From the NCBI GenBank assembly GCA_965153455.1, contig OZ234494.1, forward strand, positions 6,944,001-7,008,000: a stretch of DNA of 64,000 nucleotides. Direction: 5' to 3'. The notes below the pieces were generated by a model. It ran no database searches, was not told the DNA's origin, and worked only from the letters and a program-made list of their open reading frames with translations. Origin of the DNA: Sphagnum compactum (lineage: Eukaryota). Positions 52,401-64,000 of the stretch are shown here, one piece after another (the stretch's first letter is position 1; each line of letters begins with the position of its first letter). The position numbers were made by a program, and so were the translations under genes.

Positions 52401-55400
52401 AACATGCATCTATGATGATAATTATTAATTGGAACATTAGATTATTGGAAAAGTCATGAAGGTGATATCAATGGTTTGTGTTTTTCCATGTTAAATATTT
52501 GATTGATGTGATGAATATTCTATTTGATGTGATTGTTTTGTATTGTTAAAAATTCATTTTTGAATTTTTAAAAAGTGCATGTTCAACCTTAGTGGTAGAA
52601 TGTGAGGTTTAATGTTCAAGGGTCTTGATTTCATTGATTGACTTGGAGTACAGTTGGAGCAATTTGAATTTTGTAAGTTTCTATGGAGCATGTTTGTCCA
52701 TTTGGGTTGTTTTGGGTCTTAATAGATGTTTGTTTTGGAATTACAAAATGTAATTTATTCATGGCCAATCAATGAAATTTTATGTTTTTTAAATGTTAAA
52801 CGTATGTGAGAACATTTACAATCTTAATGATAAAAAAATTCCACATTCATATGTAAACAATAAATAGATAAACATTTTTATTAGAACATTTTTAAAATTA
52901 AAATTTTTCATTCAAGCACTATGGACATTTTCCAAGATTGCTTATAAGTAATTACATATAATTCACAAAACAAAGCTATGTGAAGTTATGTTTATTTTCA
53001 CTTTTAGTGAATTATCCTACTTGTAGCCTTCACAGGCTTATGTTTTTTTTCTTTTGTGCAAAACCTCTTTTAGCCTTTGGTCTAGGTTGCAATGCTTTTT
53101 GATAGGTGTGAAAACTTGTTTTTTTAAAGAATCAAGGACACAATAAAACTCTAGAGAATGAAGAAGGTGACAACCTCCATGAATTTATGTGTAAGGTAAG
53201 ACACCCACAAAAGTGGCATCAAAGGTCCTAGCCTTTATGAATAACAACAAATGATAACTTAAGTGAACAAGGGTGAGAACTTATGAGGCCTTATGCTAGG
53301 GTCCTTTAAAAAAAAGGGTGTTTATGGAGTTCCATCCCTCTTGGCAACTTGTGGGCTGGCCATTTTGAAATGCCCTATTAATAACACAAGAATATTATGA
53401 TTTATGATGTGTTGTATGCTTGTATTTTAAAAAAAATGTAGGTCTTTACACATATTAAAAGTATAAATAGATGAAATATCCTCTCGCACCTAAGGAGTAA
53501 GCATAATATCCGTCCTTTTTTTAAAGAAAGATTTTGACAAATATAAGATGTCCTCCAAATACACTAGGATTTTTTTTTGAATGCTTGAAATATTATAGTA
53601 CAAGGGCATCTTCAACATATGTTTGTTGAATAATAAATTAATTCTGGTCAAAATATAAAATATTTTCAAAGATTTTAAAAAATTTTCTTCCCAAAAAATT
53701 GGCTTTTGAATTTTCTTTTATTTTTTGAAATTTTCAACAACTTTGAAAATGTTATAATTAGTGTTGAAGCTACCAAGGTACTCCAATATAAGGTAAGGAA
53801 CCCCAATGAGCCTCTTCTTGGATTCTCATGCCTGGTGAGAGGCGCTCAGCAGGCTTTAGTATGTCCCTCACCAGGTGCAAGAATCCAAGAAGAGCCTCAA
53901 TGGGGTTCCTTACCCATTTCAAATTTAGGAACCTTTAAAAAGTGTAAAGACAGGATGAAACTCAGTTTACCACCAAAATTGGTGGGAAAACTACCACTTA
54001 TTTTGCTTTGTAAAAATTTTCATTCCCAGTTGTTACAGGTTTGATGCCCTATTATGTCGAAACTGATGGTTCTCACCCCCTAATCGCAAGACTTTGCAAA
54101 TAACTCTAATCACTAACTGATTTGATCTAATTCAAAATGAATGACAAAAGTCACATGTGTGCTTTTCTTTGCTTGTCAAGGTAGAGTGAATACATGTATA
54201 GGGGGGTTACATGGTGTAAAAGTTGATGAAGTTTTCTATTTTTTAATTTTCTTCTCACAATAGCTGGTGGGTTGGTGTCACAGGGAAAAAATAATGATGC
54301 GAGGCGTTTCAAAAAATAGAATGCCCATGCTTTTGAGTGTTTACATTTTCCAAAATATCTCATAAGTTTTTACACTTTGTAACTGTATCTCCAAATACAA
54401 TAAATTTTTTTAAAATTTGGAGGTTTTTTCATGTACCTAATACCTATAGGGAACCCATATATGCACCTTATATGAATAGAAACTCTAGATGGAAAAACAA
54501 TGAGAGTGCCCCTCCCATGATGGCACTTTTTAGTGCAACATAGGGCAGTGTGCTCATATAGGGCTATATATTCTATATGGGCACTTTATATTTATTGGAA
54601 TATTGTATTTGTCTTGTTCAACTAAAAGAAAAACCCAAAAAAAAAAAAAAAACTAATAAAGGGGAAAACAAGTAGGGTTCATAAATGGTGTTTTTTGGTG
54701 CAATTTTTAAGGTACCTACCATAAGAAGAAAGTGGTAGAAAAAGGAGCTAGTAAAAAAAATAAACACCCCAAATAAATGAGTTTTGTGTCAGAAATAGAG
54801 TAAACCTATTTACTAGTAACCATACTAGAGCTACCTACCAGTACAGACAAAAGTAGGTAGGTAGTAGGTACCTATTCCCGCCACCCCATAGCTGTCTCAT
54901 GATAATGAGATTCTGTACCGCTGTTCGGTGGGAACGTACGTGGGAACTTGCTTTACAACACGTTCTCGTGGTTTACGGGGATTTGATTTTGGGTGGGAGA
55001 GGTGGAAAGTGAGTGATTCAGAGGATCGGAGCCGTTGGTCGTGTCGGTTTGTACAGGAATTCAATGTGAGCCGCCGATTCTTCTCGCGGTCCAGAACGTT
55101 CCGAACGGTGTCGGGTAACGGGGACGCGGTAAAGTGCCAGTATTTTGTGTGTGTTGGGGAGTGCCTGATTGGTCGACACAAGTAACGCGTGGCGTTTGAC
55201 TATTGGAACAACGCGGCTGTCACCGTTTAATGATGAGGAAACATTTTCTGTCTACACGTTTGGGAGAAATGGAGGCTCTCGGATTGGCTGTCAGGCCCGA
55301 GAGTTCGGGTCGTTAACCCTGGTTACCACTTTTGTCCCCCCACAATTGAAAATTCGCAGAAATAGCATTTTAACCAAAAACAATTTTAACATTCCCAAAT

Positions 55401-55660
55401 CTCAAAGAGAAAATGCGCACTTCGAGTACCAGCGAGGATCAACTATTTTTAAAAAACAAAAATTGTTTTCATAACGGTTTTCAAATAAATTCATCATTAT
55501 TTATGTTAATGTCACATTTAATTTACATGAAAAGACAGTTAGTTTTTGGGGATATTCAAAGGGTGGGCAGACCACCGAAACTAGGGTAGCTCAACCACGG
55601 TTAGGTTTCTCGCAACATTGCTTAAATAAGACCTTCCATTCCTGTGTAATTTTCCCTCTT

Positions 55661-55675
55661 GGAAGGTTCTAGAAA
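55661..55675. promoter_or_regulatory. Heat-shock element (nGAAnnTTCnnGAAn)
   Basis: gGAAggTTCtaGAAa lies ~300 bp upstream of the HSP70 ATG. A one-mismatch HSE (gGTCcaGAAcgTTCc) is at ~55088-55102. Confidence 0.8.
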
Positions 55676-55974
55676 GCAAGGTGGAGAACCCACCGAAATT
55701 GACCGCGGTTAACATCCCGGGTTAAGCAGGAGGCTGGCGCCCTAGAAACCACAAGAGCGCCGTCGTTTAAGAACTCTCTTCTCTTCTCTCTCGGCCGCAT
55801 CTTTGCAGCTCGTTCTCTGGCGAGCTTTTGCTTTTCCTCTCTCTGAATCTGCGCTCGGGACATTTTCTGCTTCGTTGCTGGGATCGCGCTTTGCGTTGTT
55901 GTCATTGTATAGTCGTTTTTTTTGGTCGTTTTTTGAAGGAGAGGACTAGTACTGTTTTCTGAAGATTCGGAGTC

Positions 55975-58759
55975 ATGGCCGGCAAGGGAGAAGGACCGGC
56001 TATCGGAATCGATCTGGGAACGACTTACAGTTGCGTAGGCGTGTGGCAACATGACCGAGTGGAGATCATTGCCAATGACCAGGGTAACAGGACGACACCA
56101 AGCTATGTCGCCTTCACTGATACAGAGCGCCTCATTGGCGATGCAGCAAAAAATCAAGTGGCGATGAACCCGACTAACACTGTATTTGGTACGATGGTTT
56201 CGTCAAGCCTTTTGCCTACTCTTCATATTTTCTTTCTGTCTTTTTGATGGAGTGCTGTTTTTCTTCCTCGTCGTCGTCTTCCTTTCTCGTAGCTGTTTGG
56301 AATGCATCGTTTATCGTGCGATCACTCTCTAGCTCTCTTGATATGGATATTGCGTCTTGGTTGTAAACTCTAGTAGTGTTTGAGTGGCTTCTCTCTCAAT
56401 ACTATTCTTTTTCTCTGCGTCGGTATCATACTAGTTTGTGTTCTCGGGTTTACGCTGTCGCTTGACTGTGAGTCAGCGTTTTGCCTTCCGTTTCGCTGGT
56501 TGAGCCCTCGAGTCTTGCCTGAACGGAAATGTTTTCTGTTCTGCATTTGGCATCGACTAGACGAAATTCGGTGTATTTTGTATTTTTTGTGATGCCTCTA
56601 GGTCCATCAAAGTGAGCAAGAGTGTGTAGTCTGCGTTTCTCTTCGATTGTCTTTTGTCTGTCTTGGATCTTCCGTTTTCGCCCTCGATCGGTTCGTTTTT
56701 TTCGTTCATTACGTCCGGTTGGAGCAAAGTCAGATGCTGTTGTTGTGGAAGTGTAGAATGCAGAGATTGTATACGTGTTCTACATCTGATCAGACGTTTT
56801 TCAAATAATGGATATGAAAACTCATCTGTCCGTCATAAAGGGAGGAGATCGTGATCCTCGTACTCGTGTGAGTGGGTCGAGGGCTAGATTGCGTCAATAA
56901 ACGTCCATGTTCATGCCCATTTTCCGACTCGGTTTTTTAACAGGGTTGTTTTCCTTCTGATGGTTTGCTTTTGTAGTTGGCGTATCTGATCTTTGTATTG
57001 GATCTCGTGGTGTGCAGATGCCAAGAGACTGATCGGCCGAAGGTACAGTGATACTTCTGTACAGAGCGATATTAAGTTGTGGCCATTCAAGGTCAGTCCA
57101 GGACCTGCAGACAAGCCCATGATTTCTGTCCAGTACAAGGGTGAGGAGAAGACATTTGCAGCAGAGGAAATCTCGTCAATGGTGCTGATAAAAATGAAGG
57201 AAATTGCTGAGGCATACCTTGGCTCCACCATAAAGAATGCTGTGGTCACTGTCCCAGCATACTTCAATGACTCTCAAAGGCAAGCAACCAAGGATGCTGG
57301 TGTCATTGCCGGTTTGAATGTCATGAGGATCATCAATGAACCTACAGCTGCTGCCATTGCCTATGGTCTTGACAAGAAGGCTACCAGTGTTGGCGAGAAG
57401 AATGTGTTGATCTTTGACTTGGGTGGTGGAACATTTGATGTTTCCCTGCTCACCATTGAAGAAGGTATCTTTGAGGTCAAAGCTACTGCTGGAGACACTC
57501 ATCTTGGAGGTGAGGACTTTGACAACCGGATGGTGAACCACTTTGTACAGGAGTTCAAGAGGAAATACAAGAAGGACATCAGCAGCAACCCAAGAGCACT
57601 CCGAAGATTGCGGACTGCAGCTGAGAGGGCGAAGCGCACTCTCTCCTCTACTGCCCAAACCACAATTGAGATTGACTCTCTGTATGAAGGTGTTGATTTC
57701 TACTCAACCATTACTCGTGCAAGATTTGAGGAGTTGAACATGGACATGTTCAGGAAGTGCATGGAGCCTGTCGAGAAGTGTCTGCGAGATGCAAAGATGG
57801 ACAAGAGCTCAATCCATGATGTTGTGTTGGTTGGTGGATCCACTCGTATTCCCAAGGTGCAGCAATTACTCCAGGATTTCTTCAATGGGAAGGAGCTCTG
57901 CAAGAGCATCAATCCTGATGAAGCAGTTGCATATGGTGCTGCAGTCCAGGCAGCCATTTTGAGTGGTGAGGGCAATGAGAAGGTGCAAGACTTGTTGCTG
58001 CTCGATGTTACACCATTGTCATTGGGTCTGGAGACTGCTGGAGGAGTTATGACAGTTCTCATTGCTAGGAACACCACAATCCCCACTAAGAAGGAGCAAG
58101 TCTTCTCCACATACTCTGACAACCAGCCTGGAGTGTTGATCCAGGTCTATGAAGGAGAGAGGGCCAGGACCAGGGATAACAACTTGCTTGGCAAGTTTGA
58201 GCTATCTGGGATTCCACCTGCACCAAGAGGTGTTCCTCAGATCACTGTCTGCTTTGATATTGATGCCAATGGCATTTTGAATGTATCTGCAGAGGACAAG
58301 ACTACTGGTCAAAAGAACAAGATCACCATCACCAATGACAAGGGTCGATTGAGCAAGGATGATATTGAGAAGATGGTTCAAGATGCTGAGAAATACAAGA
58401 GCGAAGATGAAGATCACAAAAAGAAGATTGAGTCAAAGAATGGCTTGGAAAACTATGCCTATAACATGAGGAATACTATCAAGGATGATAAGATTGCAAG
58501 CAATCTGGACCCAGCTGACAAGAAGAAAATTGAGGATGCAGTTGAAGCTGCAATTCAGTGGTTAGATCAGAACCAGCTCGCTGAGAGTGATGAGTTTGAT
58601 GACAAAATGAAAGAACTTGAGAGTATCTGCAATCCAATCATTGCCCGCATGTACCAAGGTGGTGCAGGTGGTCCTGATGGTCCAGCTCCCTCTTATGGTG
58701 GCGGTGATGATGATATGCCATCATCTGGTGCTGGACCCAAGATTGAGGAAGTTGATTAA
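55975..58759 (+). CDS. HSP70: Cytosolic HSP70/HSC70, 651 aa; exons 55975-56188, 57018-58759
   Basis: [19 protein letters not shown], the conserved plant phase-1 intron in [20 protein letters not shown], and C-terminal GPKIEEVD. Confidence 0.98.
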
Positions 58760-59144
58760 ACTGTTGGTACAGTTGCAGCATGGTAGCCAGGGATTTTAGT
58801 AATCTGATTCTTGTTCCCAAATTTTGGCTCTTGGATTCTTTATAGATGAGGAGAGCAGTTAGTTTCTGCAAAACCCCTGTACTACTCCCTGCTTATCAAT
58901 TACAGATTATTGCACAAATCTCACGCAGTACCCTTCTTCACCCCTTCAATCCCGCATTTTTTTAATGCCTCCCAAAACGACTCCATTCTCTGTGCAGGCT
59001 TCAGAATGCCGAATCAATCCTAAGTTTATTGACTGAAAAATGATCTACAATATAAGCAAGACTGTCGATTTGGAAAATCGAAGGGCGGTTTATTCACTAA
59101 AAGAAGGAAATGGCTAGGAAACTGTTTTTCTATTGGTTTTTGAG

Positions 59145-59430
59145 TACCCTAACCATAATGTTGGTCACTTGCTTGTTTTTACTACCTACCAACGACCTGT
59201 AAGCAGATTGTTATTAGCCAGGTAGGAAAAACAGCCCTAACCTAAATATAAACTATACATCTACTTACCTAGTAGTCACATATTTTCCAACCTACCTACA
59301 CATAAAACCTACTGCAATGCAAAATTGATTACCGTGGTGAACCGGATATGAACTGAGTTTCATCCACAATTCAATCATAATGGGCATCCAGTAGATGATT
59401 TTCTGATAAATGCTGACTCACTATAGCCAG
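59145..59430 (+). repeat. Dispersed repeat family B copy
   Basis: accctaaccat...actacctaccaac...tattttccaacctacctac...ttcatccacaa matches the other copies. Confidence 0.7.
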
Positions 59431-60148
59431 AAATTGCAACTAAGCTGAATAATTCGAACCAAAGGGCTTTGATGTTACAAATTATAACCAATCCAAAAAT
59501 GTACTACATGCCAATAGAGTATTACTTTGTACCACCAGTTGATAGTTCAGAAAAGATGGGAAACAGCAGTCTTTTAACTATGCTAAAGTGACATTCACAC
59601 TTAATGTTACATATTTTTGTGTGATAGCTTATCTCTTTGGTTACCACCCAGCCCTTTTAATTTGGTTGTACTCGCTCTGATTTTTTTGTTTGGTCATATA
59701 TTTGAAAAAATAGCATTTAGCTTGAGAAACTTGAACAAATAATTCGTATTTAGAAATAATTGGGAAAAACTTGAAGGATTTTTCATGCAAAATATAAATC
59801 TGGAAAATAACATTCTACAGACAATTTTGACAACACACTGTCTATGCTTTGACCTTTTATTGCACATTGTGAAGCAACTTGGAATTTCAAACTGCACAAT
59901 AGTTTTGTTAAACACTGCATTGCAGAGCTGGTTAATGTTTTGGAAGCTGTCATACAGAGAATATTACTGCATGCAGCCAAAAGAAAATGACAATATTGAT
60001 ATGCAACTCTGATTATCAAAATAGCTGTCATCCCTATCCATTATCACATCCCCTTTGGAACCTCTTATGTTGCAAACTTAGCAGCTGGTCTCAAAAAGAC
60101 CTTAAAAATGAATGTCACAATCTGAAGAAGAATCTGTGCAAAAATCTC

Positions 60149-63100
60149 TCATGTTGCAAAATTGGCAGCTGGTTTTAAGAGATCATAAATTATAGTGTTT
60201 AGCTGAGCTCCAAACACCTTTCTAGAGAAATTCTCCTCAACATGTTGTCTGGCAAACTTCCCCATCCTTTCTGCCTTTTGAGGATCATGCAGCAACAACA
60301 TCATAGCAGATGCAAAACTTTCTGGTGTTGGTTCACACAGAAATCCAGTGGCAGCATGCTTTACACTCTCCTTAGGTCCCCCACTATTACATGCCACAAC
60401 AGGCTTCTCTGCAGCCATAGCTTCCAAGGGCACAATACCAAAATGTTCATTCTGCAACAAGATTTTTTTGTCAATCTGAGTGGGTTATCAAGTCAACAAG
60501 TTTCAATGCCATCATTTGTATAAGTATGGACCTCTTGTGGAAAATCTCAGAACTTATCCAAACATATGATAGCAGATGAGCTTGCTAAACTCTTTGGAAA
60601 TGGTTGAAATGCAGTGAAATTGCCTTACCATTGGGGTATAAATGACACACAAGCAGGCAGCCAACAAAGTGTTTCTCTGCAATGTAGAACACGAAGGCAC
60701 AAATACTACTTGATCTCCAACTCCCTGCTGTAGTGCAAGAGACTTGAGTTCTTGCAAATACTCCCAGTTCTCTGTAAGCCGCTGATCATAACCCCCTGCA
60801 TTGGATTGGCCCAAAGTTGGTATGCAGACCTTCCAAATGAGTACAATAACAAGCAATCAAGTAAATGCATGATGTCCTCAAACATTCCATAAAGACTATC
60901 AATTGTCTATTGCCAAATTCCTCACAGCAAGTCACCAGTAGGGACATTGCAGGACAGCCCACCTGAATAAGAAATTGCTTACACCATGTGTGTAAGGATA
61001 TTGGCTATTAACAAACTAATATTCTCTAGTTGTATTCACCATTCAGCAGTATATTTCAACTATGTCCTGGCAAACAGAACCAGATTTGTTGTGAAAACTC
61101 ACCTGCAATCACCAACCTGACATCTTGTCCAGGTATGCTCATCCCCTTGGAGACGTTCTCTTGCTTTCTGAGAAGAGATGCAAAAGCAGAGATAGCAAGC
61201 CCAATATTCTTTTTCCTCTCAAATCGGTTAATGGACAGAAAAATGCACCTGGGATTCAACAGAGAGTAAACACAAATCTCAGTTTCCATGATCATCAACA
61301 CTAGCCAGTTAGTCCATGAGGCATACCATATAAGCTGATGGGGAGGGTATTGCATCACCCAGACTTGAAGAAAGGTACACACAGGTGCAGGAGCAGTCAG
61401 GAATACTGGAAAAATTGGACAATCGTGGTAAAAGTGCAGAAGCAGCTTACCCATTAGAAGGAAGTCCAATTGTGGACATAACCTCAATATTTGGAGAGAT
61501 TTGCTGTGAATGAGAATGGAATTGATAGATATCCACAGCTGGATAGAGAACAGTTGGATTAAGCCCATGAGCATGGAGTTGTTTGAAGGTGGTCCCAAAC
61601 GTTAAGGCTGTGAACTCACTGTTCACTAACACACAGTCTGCCATACCTGCATGAAAGGATGATAAGGCTGGTGAGGACCAGTCAAGGCACCGCACTAACT
61701 GATGGTATCCAGTTGCCAGGTTGCAAAGCTTCTCCCCTACCTCAGTAACTGTTGGACCCTGCCAGCTGCTGGAAATTGATGAGAGACAGGCAGATGAGAA
61801 TAAGAGACAGAAGTAGAGTATGGATGTAACTATATACTGTTGTCATGTGGTGGTAAACAGGCAGGTGTGTGAGATGATGGTACATTTGGTTCAAAATGTG
61901 CACCTACAAGCAGTGAAAGTGATATGACATATTTTGATTGACCTCATCAAGTAATGTGTACAAGGAAATAGGCTTAAACCTGTGGTTGTCTCCTCAATCC
62001 AGTTGAGAGGTGCCCGATACAGCTTTCGCAAATGTGTCGTATGTTGGGCAAGCAACAAATCTGGAAAATGGCAGTAGAACAGGATCTACACAGGCACCGT
62101 TATATTGGTCAAGGGAAGTGAGGATTGCAATCTCTTAATTTGCCTCTTTAGCCAGAAGAAGCATAATGGCATACACTGAGGCATGCTCTTGGATTCAAGT
62201 AGAGGAAGAGGTGTACTTATTGCAAGAAATTGCATGCCAGAATACCATGACCTAAAAGCCAATCCGAGCTCACAAAGTCTAACCCACAGGTTTCAATCTA
62301 ATAATCAGATGTCACAGAGCAAGAGAGAAGGGTGTCGATAATCAATGCAACCTAGAAATGGAAAGTTCTCATGATCATCATGTGAACATCTGTAATGCAA
62401 ACCATATACTAGTCCCTGCCATGCATGTTCAAGAGGTTCAGTTCATGCTTCTCTTACCTTGGATGATGTCTTGAGTTTGAGAACAGGGATGACTGCTGAA
62501 ACTTGGTCAACAAAAATGATGTCAAATCTGGGCCAAAAGAGCACCATGCAGAGTGCCACATACATGCATCGTATGTATGCACAAAGGGCATGCAGGTGGT
62601 GGAACACATGTCGTGGTAAAAAATCACCATAGACTGTCACAGGAAAGCTGCCTGTGCAGAGAGAAGCACACATGGATATTCAAAGTTGCTTGGCAGGAGA
62701 GAGCACATCTTGTATCAATTTTATATCATATCTACCATCTGCGTACAATTTACTCACCTTCATCCTCTCTAGCTTGAAATGTGAATTCAGCAGAAAGGCA
62801 CAGAAATTTTTGACTCACCATCTACAGTCTCCTCGAAGCAACGGTTCGGGTCATGATGTGCTGTGAACAAATGTACATCATGGCCTTGTCTGGATAGCTC
62901 CAGAGCTGCATCCACTACCAGCCTCTCTGCACCTCCTGATTCACAAACACCATGCTGCCTTTTGTTAGAGACAACATTCTATCATCATCTAGGGTTTTCT
63001 GTGCCGCCCACTTTCCTACTTGTTCATACTCTGAAAGACAGCAACTGCGAGACGAAAACCCAAGTTCTTGTATATTCTATGTCTCTCACCGTTCAGGATT

Positions 63101-63320
63101 GACACATGAAGAACAGAAAATGGACCGATCAATGGAATTCCTACGCAGAGAGATATACGCTTCTCTGTTGCAAAAAGAGAGTTGCGAACAACAACAACAG
63201 AAACACAGAAAAAAGCTCACCTATGCCGAGATCAGGATGACAGAAAGCGATCCGCAGCCGCTTCTTTCTTTCTTCATCTCTAGGCCTTCCGATTGCTTCC
63301 GCCATCTCCTTCATGAGCAT
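60149..63320 (-). CDS. ALG2: Alpha-1,3/1,6-mannosyltransferase ALG2 (GT4); exons ~63320-63221, 62935-62819, 62651-62458, 62085-61980, 61646-61451, 61248-61103, 60795-60629, 60451-60149
   Basis: IAFCHPDLGIG|GAERLVVDAA, ILFYCHFPDLLLA, FLSINRFERKKNI, AGGYDQRL, NEHFGIVPLEAM...NSGGPKES. The start could be the ATG at 63320, 63314 or 63305. Confidence 0.95.
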
Positions 63321-63641
63321 CGAAAATCCAAGCAAGAAAGCGCTTAGGAATCAAAGAAGTTCGATGGCGCTCGAGGAAGCAAGCCATAGTTTCTAGCTTC
63401 GCGCTCCAGTTTCTCATCCATCTTCATCGTCCACACTACGCGCTTTAGTATAATACCATAGTCAAGTATTCGTCCATAATCGCTCCTCTTTCATCCAGTC
63501 GGTCATCGCTCTCATCTGCCGTCACCGAGCTGAGGGAGGAGCAGCGGCTCGAGAGCTGCCCTGCCCGGTGGAGGGTGTGGTGAACCTCACTTGCAGTCTG
63601 GGAAAGCTTTTGTGGTCTCCTTCCTCTAGGATATTTGGACA

Positions 63642-63686
63642 CTCTTTTTATGCTTGTTCTTCACCTCTTTTATGCTTGTTCTTCAG
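63642..63686. repeat. Short tandem duplication, 2 x ~22 bp
   Basis: ctcttt(t)tatgcttgttcttca occurs twice. Confidence 0.85.
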
Positions 63687-64000
63687 GTGATTTTGTCAGT
63701 TTCTCCTTTCTCCCCCTTAAATGTTCTTGGTTTTATTTTCTCAGTGAGAGTCTTGGAATTTTTTTTGTTATTTTGATCACATGCAATATTATAATGGGAG
63801 TTGTGATTTAGTTTTTCAAGTTCAGATTGTGATGTGTTTTGTGAATGTGGATTGTTTGCGATTTATTTCTGTATCATTTTGATTTTCATTTGTATTAATC
63901 ATTCATTTTAAAAAATTGGTACAAATTGATTTCATTTTGAACTCTTAAGTTTATACCCACTAATTTCATTAGGCTTCTGATGATGGTGGGAAGGTTTATA

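Noticed and set aside
49800-53400. AT-rich decayed coding-like region
   Set aside because: No hAT, Helitron or MULE motif could be confirmed.
55669-58871. Antisense and alternative-frame ORFs over HSP70 (55669-56157, 56911-57267, 57176-57658, 57700-58122 and others)
   Set aside because: They are shadow ORFs of a conserved coding sequence with no independent motifs.
15080-63320. Functional gene cluster linking CPDase, amidase, DnaJ, RPL35, HSP70 and ALG2
   Set aside because: The genes have unrelated functions and are separated by TE blocks. The DnaJ-HSP70 proximity (~20 kb) is not evidence of co-regulation.
63445-63642. 65-aa GTG-start ORF upstream of ALG2
   Set aside because: It has a non-ATG start and no family motif. 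Only its short ATG-initiated tail is kept as a possible uORF.

Overview
Eukaryotic nuclear DNA from a land plant, with GT-AG introns, plant telo-boxes and plant gene families. The gene content and repeat style suggest a bryophyte, possibly Sphagnum, but that is an inference. I reconstructed seven protein-coding genes by hand from splice sites: (1) a small plant 'CPKPRR/FCGSPP' family gene, (2) a 2H cyclic phosphodiesterase, (3) a 13-exon minus-strand gene that the ORF track misses, (4) a J-domain/Zn-ribbon protein with a 519-bp in-frame internal duplication, (5) RPL35, (6) cytosolic HSP70 with an upstream HSE, and (7) ALG2. Intergenic space holds two decayed Ty3/Gypsy elements, a decayed two-gene PIF/Harbinger element whose transposase intron is a telomere-like higher-order repeat, an intronic Penelope-like RT fragment, several tandem arrays and small dispersed repeats. 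The main finding is gene 3 (18337-24237). Its C-terminal half has the H/E/H/E pattern of a zinc N-acetylmuramoyl-L-alanine amidase (Amidase_3/AmiC fold), fused to a beta-strand-rich N-terminal region. It is a candidate plastid-peptidoglycan hydrolase. All family calls come from motif recognition; no database search was run.
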